Virus record (IMG/VR): IMGVR_UViG_3300028887_000070
Coordinates: 128,001 to 192,000 of that record
DNA length: 64,000 nt
Source: a virus
Lineage: Duplodnaviria > Caudoviricetes
Reading direction: 5' to 3' (one strand)
In this document: positions 40,915 through 50,200 of the stretch, in pieces
Numbering within the stretch: the stretch's first letter is position 1
Layout of the letters: each line of letters starts with the position of its first letter
Notes under the pieces: model-generated
Seen by the model: only the letters and a program-made list of their open reading frames with translations
Told to the model about the DNA's origin: nothing
The model's database searches: none
Made by a program: the position numbers and the translations under genes

Positions 40915-41694
40915 TTAGATATCGATCATACGTCTTACTCCATTGATGTCATACTTACCAAAGCTCATTACATTAAAGAGACCATTCACAGCATTGATAA
41001 GAGTAGAACTAGTCTCAGCATCAATCTTATCCTTAAGACGTGCTATAAGTGAATCGATACTCTTTGTCTTTACACATGGGAATTTTGGTGTTTGGTATAA
41101 AGATGACATCGCCATATCACTATACTCTGCTGCAGGAATCGACTTTGCTTCAATGCCACCTATAAGTTCTGTGAAGAGATTTGCTGTCTCATAGTCTCTA
41201 AGCTTCTCGAATATTTCCTTTATAGTATCGAGGAAGTTTGTATACACAGGAGTCCATTCACCATCAGAGTGCGTATAGCTTATTTTAGGAAGACAGAGTT
41301 CATTGTATACATATCTGAGCATAAAGTACAACTTAGACTTGTTTGTCTTAGCGACAGTATCAAGAGATGTATCTCTGAGCTCTATATTGCTATCTCTTGA
41401 GATGACATAGATCTGACTAAGAATAGCATCTCTGATGTTTCCTTCTCTGAGATCTTTACAGATGTATTCATTGTAGTCCTTGTAAGGTTCGCCGTCTTCG
41501 GTACAGCAATCGGGCGCCTTGTTGTACAGCTCCCATATCTTATCATATGCGTTTTGTGATACAGGATCGATCAGTGATTTCATGTTCTCCATGATAACGT
41601 AAAAGTTCATACCAGAAGGATAGTCTCTATAGAGTTCCTCTTGAAGACTTGTAAGTTGCTTCTTGAGCTCTTTGAGCTTCTTACTGCTCTCCAT
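40915..41694 (-). CDS. Hypothetical protein, tandem paralog of 41681-42505
   Basis: Shared SLDTVAKTNKSKLYF and LINAVNG...MSFGKY. Confidence 0.8.
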   Translation of the reverse strand: MESSKKLKELKKQLTSLQEELYRDYPSGMNFYVIMENMKSLIDPVSQNAYDKIWELYNKAPDCCTEDGEPYKDYNEYICKDLREGNIRDAILSQIYVISRDSNIELRDTSLDTVAKTNKSKLYFMLRYVYNELCLPKISYTHSDGEWTPVYTNFLDTIKEIFEKLRDYETANLFTELIGGIEAKSIPAAEYSDMAMSSLYQTPKFPCVKTKSIDSLIARLKDKIDAETSSTLINAVNGLFNVMSFGKYDINGVRRMIDI

Positions 41695-42505
41695 TGTTAG
41701 TACCTCCTCTTATACATGGTGGGATCTCACAGAGATCTATCATGCGTTTAATGTCTACTATCTCGTACTTGCCAAAGCTCATTATGTCAAGCATGCCATT
41801 GACTGCATTGATAAGAGTGGTATCTGTCTCAGCGTCTATTCTAGTCTTAAGAGTTGCTTCAAGTCCAGTTATGAGATCCATGTTAACACACTGGAACTCT
41901 GGAGTCTGACATATAGCAGCTACGAACTCATTGACATTGTTAGAAATTGGCGGCTTCTTCATCTCTATAGATCCCAATAGACGATTGAGCATACTTATCA
42001 TCTCATCATCTTTCAGGTCTTCAAAGATGTCTCTTAAATTGAAGAGATAACTTGTATCTACTGGCATCCACGTTCCATCTGGGAGATTGAAGCTTATCTT
42101 AGCCATAGTGATATCATTGTAGAAGTATCTAAGAATGAAGTACAACTTAGACTTGTTTGTCTTAGCGACAGTATCAAGAGAGTCGTCTTTGAGTTCAATC
42201 TTATTCTCTCTTGTTATAGTGTAGATCTGGCTAATGATACCATCTCTGATTGTACCATTTCTGACGTCATTACAGATATACTGATTGAAGTCCTTATAGG
42301 GTACATCACCACCATTAGTACTACGGAAGTCAGGTGCCTCGTTGTAGAGATTCCATATTTCCTCATATGCTCTCACAGATACAGGATCAATCAAATCCTT
42401 TATAGCTTCCATGATAGTCTTGAAGTTGTGCCTGCTAGGAAAGTCTTTATAGAGTTCTTCCTGAAGGGCTATGAGCTGTTTCTTGAGCTTCTTACTGTTA
42501 TCCAT
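41681..42505 (-). CDS. Hypothetical protein, tandem paralog of 40915-41694
   Basis: Colinear similarity over the whole length. Confidence 0.8.
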   Translation of the reverse strand: MDNSKKLKKQLIALQEELYKDFPSRHNFKTIMEAIKDLIDPVSVRAYEEIWNLYNEAPDFRSTNGGDVPYKDFNQYICNDVRNGTIRDGIISQIYTITRENKIELKDDSLDTVAKTNKSKLYFILRYFYNDITMAKISFNLPDGTWMPVDTSYLFNLRDIFEDLKDDEMISMLNRLLGSIEMKKPPISNNVNEFVAAICQTPEFQCVNMDLITGLEATLKTRIDAETDTTLINAVNGMLDIMSFGKYEIVDIKRMIDLCEIPPCIRGGTNNGEQ

Positions 42506-42887
42506 TGTTAGTTTCCTCCTTGTTATACTCGAAGATTCGAGTTACTTCGAACAAGCCAACCTCAGCAAAGAAATCGACACACATTTTGTCGACAGCTTTG
42601 GCTTCGTCCTTTCCATCAGTCCATGTGTCGAGCGCGTTCAGAAGTTCCAAACCAGGTACAGCATCTTCACACTCGCCATTCAGTTCGCAGAGAAGTATAT
42701 AACCCATAGAGTAATCGTACTTCCCTCCTATGTTTCTTTTGTTCTTGTCATGTTCATTGTAGGCCTTATTAGCCTTACACATCACAGTCGCCCAGAGATT
42801 GACTCTTCTATCGAAGTCGACATTCTTGTCTCTGATAGCAGCCACTATCTCATCAGTAAAGCTAACTGTTATGTTCTTCATAATCAT
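42498..42887 (-). CDS. Hypothetical protein
   Basis: AAAGGAGGT RBS; early box at 42938-42947 (-). Confidence 0.7.
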   Translation of the reverse strand: MIMKNITVSFTDEIVAAIRDKNVDFDRRVNLWATVMCKANKAYNEHDKNKRNIGGKYDYSMGYILLCELNGECEDAVPGLELLNALDTWTDGKDEAKAVDKMCVDFFAEVGLFEVTRIFEYNKEETNNG

Positions 42888-42937
42888 AAGTCTACCTCCT
42901 TTCATAGATTGATGTATACCCTTGGGTGTACATCACT

Positions 42938-42964
42938 ATAATATGTAACTAGGTTATATATTAT
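42938..42964. promoter_or_regulatory. Back-to-back early-type promoter boxes
   Basis: TACATATTAT on - (42938-42947) and TATATATTAT on + (42955-42964) between divergent operons. Confidence 0.55.
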
Positions 42965-43011
42965 CACGTTGAGACTGAGAAGTCTTAATACTTTGGAAAG
43001 GAGGCATTCTT

Positions 43012-43581
43012 ATGCTAACAGGATCCGCGATTATACAGGCGGTCAAGAAGAAAGAGATACAGATCACGCCATTTGACATATCATGTATCAACCCAAACAG
43101 TTACAATGTCCATCTCGCTAACACTCTGAAGATATACACGGAGCATAGAGTTTTGGACACTAGGGAGAAGAACATCCCTGATTATGAACGTACAATACCA
43201 GAAGAAGGATTCATACTCTATCCTGGTAAGCTGTACATTGGCTCTATAGTAGAACGAGTCAAGAGCAACTTCTATATATCTGCAATCGACGGAAGATCTT
43301 CTATAGGAAGACTTGGTCTGCAGATACATGCAACAGCAGGTTTCGGAGATATAGGATTTGATGGACACTATACTCTGGAGATGATCGCAACTGTTCCAGT
43401 GAGAGTCTATCCTAATGACCTCATAGGACAGCTGTACTTTGAGAAACCTGATGGCGATGTAGACTTCCTCTATAGTGGAAGATATCAACACCAGGTAACG
43501 CCTACTGAGAGTAGGATTGAAATCGATAGCCGAACTATCAAGGGCTATCACTATGTAGAACAACAGAAAAAAGATGAGTAG
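43012..43581 (+). CDS. dcd: dCTP deaminase
   Basis: INPNSYNVHL, GRSSIGRLGL, TAGFGDIGFDGHYTLE, IGQLYF, Y.GRYQ.Q. Confidence 0.92.
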   Translation: MLTGSAIIQAVKKKEIQITPFDISCINPNSYNVHLANTLKIYTEHRVLDTREKNIPDYERTIPEEGFILYPGKLYIGSIVERVKSNFYISAIDGRSSIGRLGLQIHATAGFGDIGFDGHYTLEMIATVPVRVYPNDLIGQLYFEKPDGDVDFLYSGRYQHQVTPTESRIEIDSRTIKGYHYVEQQKKDE

Positions 43582-44338
43582 GAGAGATGTAATCATGAGT
43601 AAGGAAACAGATAACAAGAAACTGGTAGGAACCTATTGGTACAACAAGATAAGTGATGATGAGTATGAGCTCTATCGTCATATAGACTATGTATATGGAG
43701 ACAAACCAGTATATGAAAACGTTGAGACACATAAAGTTTCACTCAGTATACCTGAGACTTGTATAGAGCTTGTACCTATCATGACACTTGCTATAGATAA
43801 GGTGATGGGTGAGTTCTACTTCGTGCTCAGACATGATGATGGTAAGATTGTCAGAGCATACAACGCATGGTCTATCAAGAGACCTATACATATCAAGAAA
43901 GAGATAAAAGCTATTGAAGCTAAAGAGAACTATGTATTTGCTCTCTATGTAAACGATGATGTAAACACTCTTAAGAGACTCGGAATCAACAATGATGTTG
44001 TAGTCTATAACATCTTATCACTGTTTCACATCGAAACTGGTATTGTTGAGACTCAACATTCTAACCTCATAACAGATAAATATGAGGGTGAGCAGTTCAT
44101 CGAAGAGTTTGAGAACCAGTTCGATATAGAACTGGTTGGCTATAAGCTCTTTGACTACGACTTCTCTATTAACCTCTCTAAGATAGTGCAAGAGTATCAA
44201 GTGATAGTAGATAAAGACAATCACTTCTATCTGATCACTTACACAAGCAAGGCTAGAGAGATCGATCCAGACAACAACGAAGATGACAAGAACCTGAAGG
44301 AGATATCAGACTTCATGGATAGTCTTGTCAAAAGGTAA
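43574..44338 (+). CDS. Hypothetical protein
   Basis: 254-aa ORF overlapping the dcd stop. Confidence 0.7.
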   Translation: MSRRDVIMSKETDNKKLVGTYWYNKISDDEYELYRHIDYVYGDKPVYENVETHKVSLSIPETCIELVPIMTLAIDKVMGEFYFVLRHDDGKIVRAYNAWSIKRPIHIKKEIKAIEAKENYVFALYVNDDVNTLKRLGINNDVVVYNILSLFHIETGIVETQHSNLITDKYEGEQFIEEFENQFDIELVGYKLFDYDFSINLSKIVQEYQVIVDKDNHFYLITYTSKAREIDPDNNEDDKNLKEISDFMDSLVKR

Positions 44339-44428
44339 GATAACTGTATATAATAGGAGTGTCCTTAGGTAGCTTCTTACCTTAGGGACAACTCCATTAT
44401 AATAATAACACAAAGGAGGACACATACT

Positions 44429-45478
44429 ATGAGTATGAAGTCAATGGAATCAGCCGTTCTCGATGAAATCTTTAAGGACCACATCGATGACAGTGACGAC
44501 ACCACAAATGTAGCAAATCCCACAGCTGCATCAACAGACTCAGAGGATGCTACAACAGTAGATACATCATCTACTTCAAAGGATACATCATCCACAACAA
44601 CATCTGCACCCGCAGAAAAGAAGATCGGTAAGATCAAGTGGAAGGGTGATTATAAGCCCGAACCCGTACAGTATGCTATACCTGTGAACAGCAACATGAT
44701 CCTCAAGGAAACATCTGAGTTCCTCAGAGGAATCTTCGATGACTTCGATGGCTGTGCATGTGATTGGCAAGACAACGTTAACAGTAACAATCAGCAGGGT
44801 ACATTCAGTATAACAGCTCGTTTCATCTACAAGCAGAATCTTGATGACGACAAAAAGTTCAGAGCAGTACAGTCTAAGCTTGGTTCCGTTAAGGAATCAT
44901 CTGCATCAGACGCACTCAGCATCTACAATGCTATGAAGTTCGGCAAAGCTGCAAAGAACAATGAGGTATTCATCACTGAGAACCTCAAGGAAGTTCTTAA
45001 GGACTATGTTCCTAACTGCGTTGGTGTTATAAATGAGCAGAAAGGCACAGTAACTATCAACCAGATCAAGAACAATAAGGGTCAGATTAACTGGGATCTT
45101 GTAACTAAGGTCAATGTAGTCGACCATCCATTCAACTACAATCAGAAGATCTATGAGGTACTTGTTACACTCGATGGTCTGAAGCTGTATGAGGAAATCC
45201 TCAAGCACGGTGAAGACGCTCTGATCGAAGATTGGCACAAGAACAAGGACGGAATCTGGGTTCGTAAGACCAAGTATGATGACTGGACTGTACAGCTCAT
45301 CAGAGAGTGGCAGGGCGAGCTCCGTACTGACCTTTATGATAACGGAGATTATCAGAACATCAACGTTATCAAGATGAAAGCAATACTCCAGAACAATCCT
45401 GCAGCTCGTAGAATAAACTCAGTAATGAACCAGGGTGTTATCGTTACTGGCATTCCGATGCAGAGAAAGTTCGTATAA
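44429..45478 (+). CDS. Hypothetical protein with S/T-rich N-terminal linker
   Basis: AAAGGAGG RBS; early box at 44345-44354 followed by a hairpin. Confidence 0.8.
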   Translation: MSMKSMESAVLDEIFKDHIDDSDDTTNVANPTAASTDSEDATTVDTSSTSKDTSSTTTSAPAEKKIGKIKWKGDYKPEPVQYAIPVNSNMILKETSEFLRGIFDDFDGCACDWQDNVNSNNQQGTFSITARFIYKQNLDDDKKFRAVQSKLGSVKESSASDALSIYNAMKFGKAAKNNEVFITENLKEVLKDYVPNCVGVINEQKGTVTINQIKNNKGQINWDLVTKVNVVDHPFNYNQKIYEVLVTLDGLKLYEEILKHGEDALIEDWHKNKDGIWVRKTKYDDWTVQLIREWQGELRTDLYDNGDYQNINVIKMKAILQNNPAARRINSVMNQGVIVTGIPMQRKFV

Positions 45479-45551
45479 GCTTACACACAGCAAACATCAT
45501 AAGGTGGCGGGGTCTAACTCCGCCACTATTTTTTATGAAAGGAAGATCTAC

Positions 45552-45950
45552 ATGACCGAAACGACAGGTACTAAGATTACCTTTGATATCACTGGTATCA
45601 ATGAGATAATCGAAGAGAAAGAGAACCAGTTTACGGCTCTCAGAGAAGTTCAGTGGGGAGACAGACAGTCAAACCTTGAGCTTCGTCGTTGGAGAAACAT
45701 GCCTGATGGTGGAGAGTTCCCTCTTAAGGGTGCAACTTTCATGACACCTGAAGGTCCTAGTACTCTTGCAGAGACATTAGTTAGCCTTGGATTTGGCAAT
45801 ACTAAAGAGATCCTTTCTAGCATTAAGAACAGGGATGACTTCAGAAGAAGTCTCAACACTGTTCTTGGAAAGAGCGATGAGCTCTATGATGAAAGTGCGG
45901 GGGAAGTTGATGATGATTACTATGATCCTTCGGAGCTAATGAAGCTTTGA
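45552..45950 (+). CDS. PC4/YdbC-like ssDNA-binding protein
   Basis: LREVQWG....LELRRW.....KGATF pattern and acidic tail. Confidence 0.65.
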   Translation: MTETTGTKITFDITGINEIIEEKENQFTALREVQWGDRQSNLELRRWRNMPDGGEFPLKGATFMTPEGPSTLAETLVSLGFGNTKEILSSIKNRDDFRRSLNTVLGKSDELYDESAGEVDDDYYDPSELMKL

Positions 45951-46192
45951 GATGGAAAGCAATCATTGAAAAGAACGAACGTGGGGAGTTGATAACAATC
46001 ACCCCCACTAAGTTCGACTTTATCAAGACTAGCCATGATATAGATGCACTTCATCAACAACCAATCATAATACCTGATAAGAATGACAGTAGGAAGCTCG
46101 CTATATACTTTAACTGTGAAGATAGTGTAGTAGAAGCTGTCAATGTTGCCCAAGAACTCTATCTTGGGTATATTGAAGGAGGTTTTAAGTAA
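45947..46192 (+). CDS. Hypothetical protein
   Basis: 81 aa, overlaps both neighbours in an operon. Confidence 0.55.
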   Translation: MRWKAIIEKNERGELITITPTKFDFIKTSHDIDALHQQPIIIPDKNDSRKLAIYFNCEDSVVEAVNVAQELYLGYIEGGFK

Positions 46193-46509
46193 TGGGAGCA
46201 TATGATGATTATATGGACGAGAACCATCCCTTTGGCATCACATCTACAGTAGATGATGAGCATAAGAAGCTTGATGAGGATGGTATCTATATAGAGAAGT
46301 GTGACGACACCTCTTGCATCAATCATGATTCAAGAGGATTCTGTAGATACGAGTCTTGTGTACTCAAAGCAGCAATCCTTCCCAAACAGCATACTAAATT
46401 CATGTGTCATTGTGTAGTATGTGGAAACGAGAAAGACTTCTCTAATCTTCGTGGAGACATCTGCACTGACTGTATGGGCCGTATCATCAATAAGCTTCTG
46501 GAGGAATGA
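46192..46509 (+). CDS. Cys-rich zinc-binding protein
   Basis: CDDTSCINH...C....C and CVVCG...CTDC. Confidence 0.7.
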   Translation: MGAYDDYMDENHPFGITSTVDDEHKKLDEDGIYIEKCDDTSCINHDSRGFCRYESCVLKAAILPKQHTKFMCHCVVCGNEKDFSNLRGDICTDCMGRIINKLLEE

Positions 46510-46512
46510 ACC

Positions 46513-47595
46513 ATGTACTTCGTTCCTGCAAAGAGAGGCTTTAACTCAGAGTATATCCCAGTACAGGCTATACTCTTCTCTTACTACATCAAGTATGATA
46601 ATCTGAGGGAGCTCACTAGTGAGGCTTTCTCAGGATCAGATTCAGATGAACTGATAGTGTACATAGACTGCTATGATATCATCAAGTCTATATACAACAG
46701 ATCTCTGTTAGGACCAGATGGACTCTTTGAGTCTTCATCCAATATCCTTACATCAGCCCTATTGAATCTGGCTGCTCACCTTAGATCATTCTATTGGAGC
46801 GGCTATCATGTAAAAACAGAGTTCTATCTAGTGTTCAGTGAACAGCCTCAAGGGGTTAGTCTTAACCACTACTGTCATAACGAACACCTTGATAGAATCA
46901 TCGACTTAAACCTTAAGATGCTGCGTACACTATGTCCATACATTCCAGGTGTCTATCTTATGGAGAGAACTTGGGATTCTTCTATAGTAGTAATGACGGA
47001 TGTCAAGCAGCATAGAGAAGCAGGAATCAACACTCCTGCGATAATCATTTCTAAAAATGATATGATGTGGCAAATACCTTGCCAATACCCAGATATTGCT
47101 GTATTCAGACCACGCAAGACGTCATCTGGGGACACGTCATTTTGCGTACATCAACGCAACGTCGTTTCAGTGTACAGAACACAGAGAAGGCACATGAAAA
47201 CGATGCTAGAGGCATTTCTAGCTCCTGGACTACTTCCGTTATATATAGCGATGACTAGTTATAGTGAGTTGGATCTGCCAATCTACTTTAGCTCTTCCAG
47301 AGCAGTATCTTTGATAACTGGAATGGTAAGAGATAACAGAATTCTTAATGGCTATAACTCTCCAGATGCTATAGAGGGCATACTGAAAGAAGTTAGTCTT
47401 AAGAGTGGACAGATGAACTTGTATGAGAGGTATAAGATAATAGACCTCTTCTATAAGGCAAACATCTACCAAACAAAGCCTGAGTCTACCATACTGCTTA
47501 AGACTCAGTTATCAGACGTAGCAGGTGTAGAAAGCATCAATAACGAGTACTTCACAAGTAACCCGATTGACATCATACACTTGTTCTACTCATAA
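46513..47595 (+). CDS. Hypothetical protein, possibly a degenerate PIN/5'-3' exonuclease-fold protein
   Basis: VYID N-terminal strand, YLVFS, IIISKND pattern; catalytic set not clearly intact. Confidence 0.45.
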   Translation: MYFVPAKRGFNSEYIPVQAILFSYYIKYDNLRELTSEAFSGSDSDELIVYIDCYDIIKSIYNRSLLGPDGLFESSSNILTSALLNLAAHLRSFYWSGYHVKTEFYLVFSEQPQGVSLNHYCHNEHLDRIIDLNLKMLRTLCPYIPGVYLMERTWDSSIVVMTDVKQHREAGINTPAIIISKNDMMWQIPCQYPDIAVFRPRKTSSGDTSFCVHQRNVVSVYRTQRRHMKTMLEAFLAPGLLPLYIAMTSYSELDLPIYFSSSRAVSLITGMVRDNRILNGYNSPDAIEGILKEVSLKSGQMNLYERYKIIDLFYKANIYQTKPESTILLKTQLSDVAGVESINNEYFTSNPIDIIHLFYS

Positions 47596-47611
47596 GATGG
47601 GAGGAATAGTT

Positions 47612-48121
47612 ATGAACTTATTCAATGAAGATAAGATTGATAGGTTTACTAGTACGATTGAGATGGACAACATAAACAATCTAAACGACAATAGACTGAA
47701 GGATATGATCGACAGCTTCAAAGGTCACTACTTCAATGTGATTAGGTATCATATAATGGAGCATTATGGCATGTCTTCACTAATACTTTACTGTAACAAC
47801 GCTCCTAGTAGTGATACGTTCGAAGGGACTACTCTTCATGCGATCTTCTGTGTTGACCCAGAATATGATAAGCTTTCTAGATCGATAGTAGAGACAACTT
47901 ACAAGAAATTTATCAAAGCTGTTCGCGACAGTGTAAACAACAATGAGAATCCTACATTCTCGATAGGCACTGAAATATTTGGAGAGACACTTAGTCGTGA
48001 TGAAGAGAATCATCCAGTAAACGATTCATTCAGTCATCAGCATCCATTACTCAATGTAATCGAGAACATCTGGAGTGAAGAAGAAAACGATGATGAGAGA
48101 GAAGAAGGTAAGATCATATGA
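47612..48121 (+). CDS. Hypothetical protein
   Basis: GGGAGG RBS before ATG 47612. Confidence 0.7.
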   Translation: MNLFNEDKIDRFTSTIEMDNINNLNDNRLKDMIDSFKGHYFNVIRYHIMEHYGMSSLILYCNNAPSSDTFEGTTLHAIFCVDPEYDKLSRSIVETTYKKFIKAVRDSVNNNENPTFSIGTEIFGETLSRDEENHPVNDSFSHQHPLLNVIENIWSEEENDDEREEGKII

Positions 48122-48366
48122 TGACACATGATATTATCTTAAGGATCGCTAAGACGATCTGCTTCGTGATTGCTGGAACATGTATCTATATAGGGATGGA
48201 TAACATGAAGAAAGCATTCCAGTGTAAGAATAATCCTCTGACAGAGAAGGAAAGACTTCATGGTTGGAGAATACTTATTACTATCTCTATATCGTTCTTC
48301 ATAGCAGGATTCCTGCTGATAGTGTTGGGGTACTATCTTATAACAAGACTTGCTGGGACAGGTTAA
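48118..48366 (+). CDS. Small two-TM membrane protein
   Basis: Two hydrophobic helices. Confidence 0.65.
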   Translation: MMTHDIILRIAKTICFVIAGTCIYIGMDNMKKAFQCKNNPLTEKERLHGWRILITISISFFIAGFLLIVLGYYLITRLAGTG

Positions 48367-48451
48367 TCCTGTCTCGGCACTCTTGTGCCTCTAACACGCT
48401 TTGTTTTTTCTTAGCCATGTACATCTTAATAAGTATGAAAGGAGTGATCTC

Positions 48452-49642
48452 ATGGCACTTGAATCGTATAGATACAAGGTGACTCTTAGCTACATCCACT
48501 TCGGATACGAGATAGCTATAGACCCACAACAGATACAGTATGTAGGTATAGATAGAACTTTCGATAGTAACAACATGCCTGTCATAGCAGTGAACTGTAA
48601 CATCGAAAGAGATATACTGGACATGATGATACAGAACACTAATGAGAACATCGTAGAGTTAGGTATCTTCAGATACGATGCTTCTAATCAGAATGATAAT
48701 ATAACTAAGAAGTACTTCCATGATCGTTTCATCTACTTCTTAGGAGATGACATCTCTCAGACTGCTGAGATAGACTATGGTAACGGACAAGAGCATACAA
48801 GAGAGAAGTATAAAGAGGTTACTATGTGGCTGATTCAACAGGATGCAGTGAACAACAACCGTAAGGTTATCAATGGTATCTTCAAGAATGCTACTACCAA
48901 CTCTCTGATTCTTCAGATAACTGACTATGTAGGAAACACTGTACTTGAGCCAGTAGACTATGATAACAAGTACGACCAGATTATCATACCTCCTACAAAC
49001 AGCATAGCTCAGTACATAGCATTTCTCAACAACAATCTGTCAGTTTTCTATGATACTGGATATAGGTTCTTCATAGACTTCGACATGACATACATAGTGT
49101 CTAGTAAGGGGAAGCCTATACAGACAAAGAACCAGAACATCTTCACTGTCGAAATCAATGTGACGAATATCATACCTGATGAGGACTCTGAGTCTGGTAT
49201 GGTAGTAGATACAAGGAATGGTAAGTATATCATGGATGTACCATTGGCAAACATCAACTTCACAAAAAATAATGTGACTAACAAGATGGTGAACAAGATC
49301 ACCACCATCGATAGCAGCGGTAATGTGAAGGAGAAGTTGATAGAAGGTAATGATACTAATGTAACGACTATGATGAACAAGATAGTGAATCTGAGCAACA
49401 ACGACCAGAACGCTATCAACAACATTACTGCAGATTACGAGTTGAACAATGTATTCCTTAGTATCACCAAGAATGACCTTGATGCTAGTATCTTCACTAT
49501 GAACAAGGAGTACATCATCACTATGGATGAAGACCATGAAGAGTATAGCGGAAGATACCTTCTGAGTGCAGTAAAGCAGTTCTTCGTAAAGCAGAATGAG
49601 TACTTCGTAATGACAACGATACTGTTGTTCAAGAAGATATAA
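48452..49642 (+). CDS. Probable virion structural (baseplate hub/tail-like) protein
   Basis: Late-like TACA tcttaa TA upstream; beta-rich; C-terminal YSGRYLLSAVKQ.F resembles hub-protein termini. Confidence 0.5.
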   Translation: MALESYRYKVTLSYIHFGYEIAIDPQQIQYVGIDRTFDSNNMPVIAVNCNIERDILDMMIQNTNENIVELGIFRYDASNQNDNITKKYFHDRFIYFLGDDISQTAEIDYGNGQEHTREKYKEVTMWLIQQDAVNNNRKVINGIFKNATTNSLILQITDYVGNTVLEPVDYDNKYDQIIIPPTNSIAQYIAFLNNNLSVFYDTGYRFFIDFDMTYIVSSKGKPIQTKNQNIFTVEINVTNIIPDEDSESGMVVDTRNGKYIMDVPLANINFTKNNVTNKMVNKITTIDSSGNVKEKLIEGNDTNVTTMMNKIVNLSNNDQNAINNITADYELNNVFLSITKNDLDASIFTMNKEYIITMDEDHEEYSGRYLLSAVKQFFVKQNEYFVMTTILLFKKI

Positions 49643-49687
49643 GAAATAAAAAAGAACCCCCTATGGGGGTTCTTACTTCTGACTGAA

Positions 49688-50008
49688 TCAGCACTTGCTG
49701 ACAAGCCAGAAGTTTATTGTTGCACCTTCTGGGAGCGTTGTAGCTCCCTCAGGCAGTCTCGGCCCAGTATACTGAGCCACCAAAAGCGTCTCATCGGATG
49801 TGAGCTGTACGCTCATTCGATTTGGGTTTACCTCGATGCCAAGAATGCCGCCTACAATGTTGGCGGTGTCATCATGGCCTATAGCTGATATTATATCATC
49901 AGCCTCTTTGATGAATGTTCGAGCAGTCTCTGTGGAGATCTGCTCGAAATTTACCTTTGCTGTACCAGACAGCATGTTTATCGAGAATGCATTTGTGATA
50001 ATAATCAT
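49688..50008 (-). CDS. acrIII-1: DUF1874 (STIV B116/YddF-like) family; AcrIII-1-type cA4 ring nuclease anti-CRISPR
   Basis: 106 aa; NAFSINML, SAIGH..TA (catalytic GH), NR..V, RLPEG and terminal F.W match the family pattern. Confidence 0.85.
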   Translation of the reverse strand: MIIITNAFSINMLSGTAKVNFEQISTETARTFIKEADDIISAIGHDDTANIVGGILGIEVNPNRMSVQLTSDETLLVAQYTGPRLPEGATTLPEGATINFWLVSKC

Positions 50009-50018
50009 ATGACTATTC

Positions 50019-50162
50019 CTTTCATAGTTCCCGTTACCATATTCCTGGCCTTCCCCCAGGATCATAGTCATTGGCAACGACAAGTCAAGAACGTCAGCAC
50101 TTTACTGAACTACTACCTTGACTCACTATAATGATATACAACTATTCGACTCTACTTTTACG
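50019..50162 (-). promoter_or_regulatory. Conserved promoter + structured 5' leader cassette, copy 3 (upstream of acrIII-1)
   Basis: Homologous to copies 1 and 2; ends in the RBS GAAAGGA. Confidence 0.85.
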
Positions 50163-50200
50163 AAAGATATCGGAGAGGGAACTTCCCTCTCCGAAAAGTT

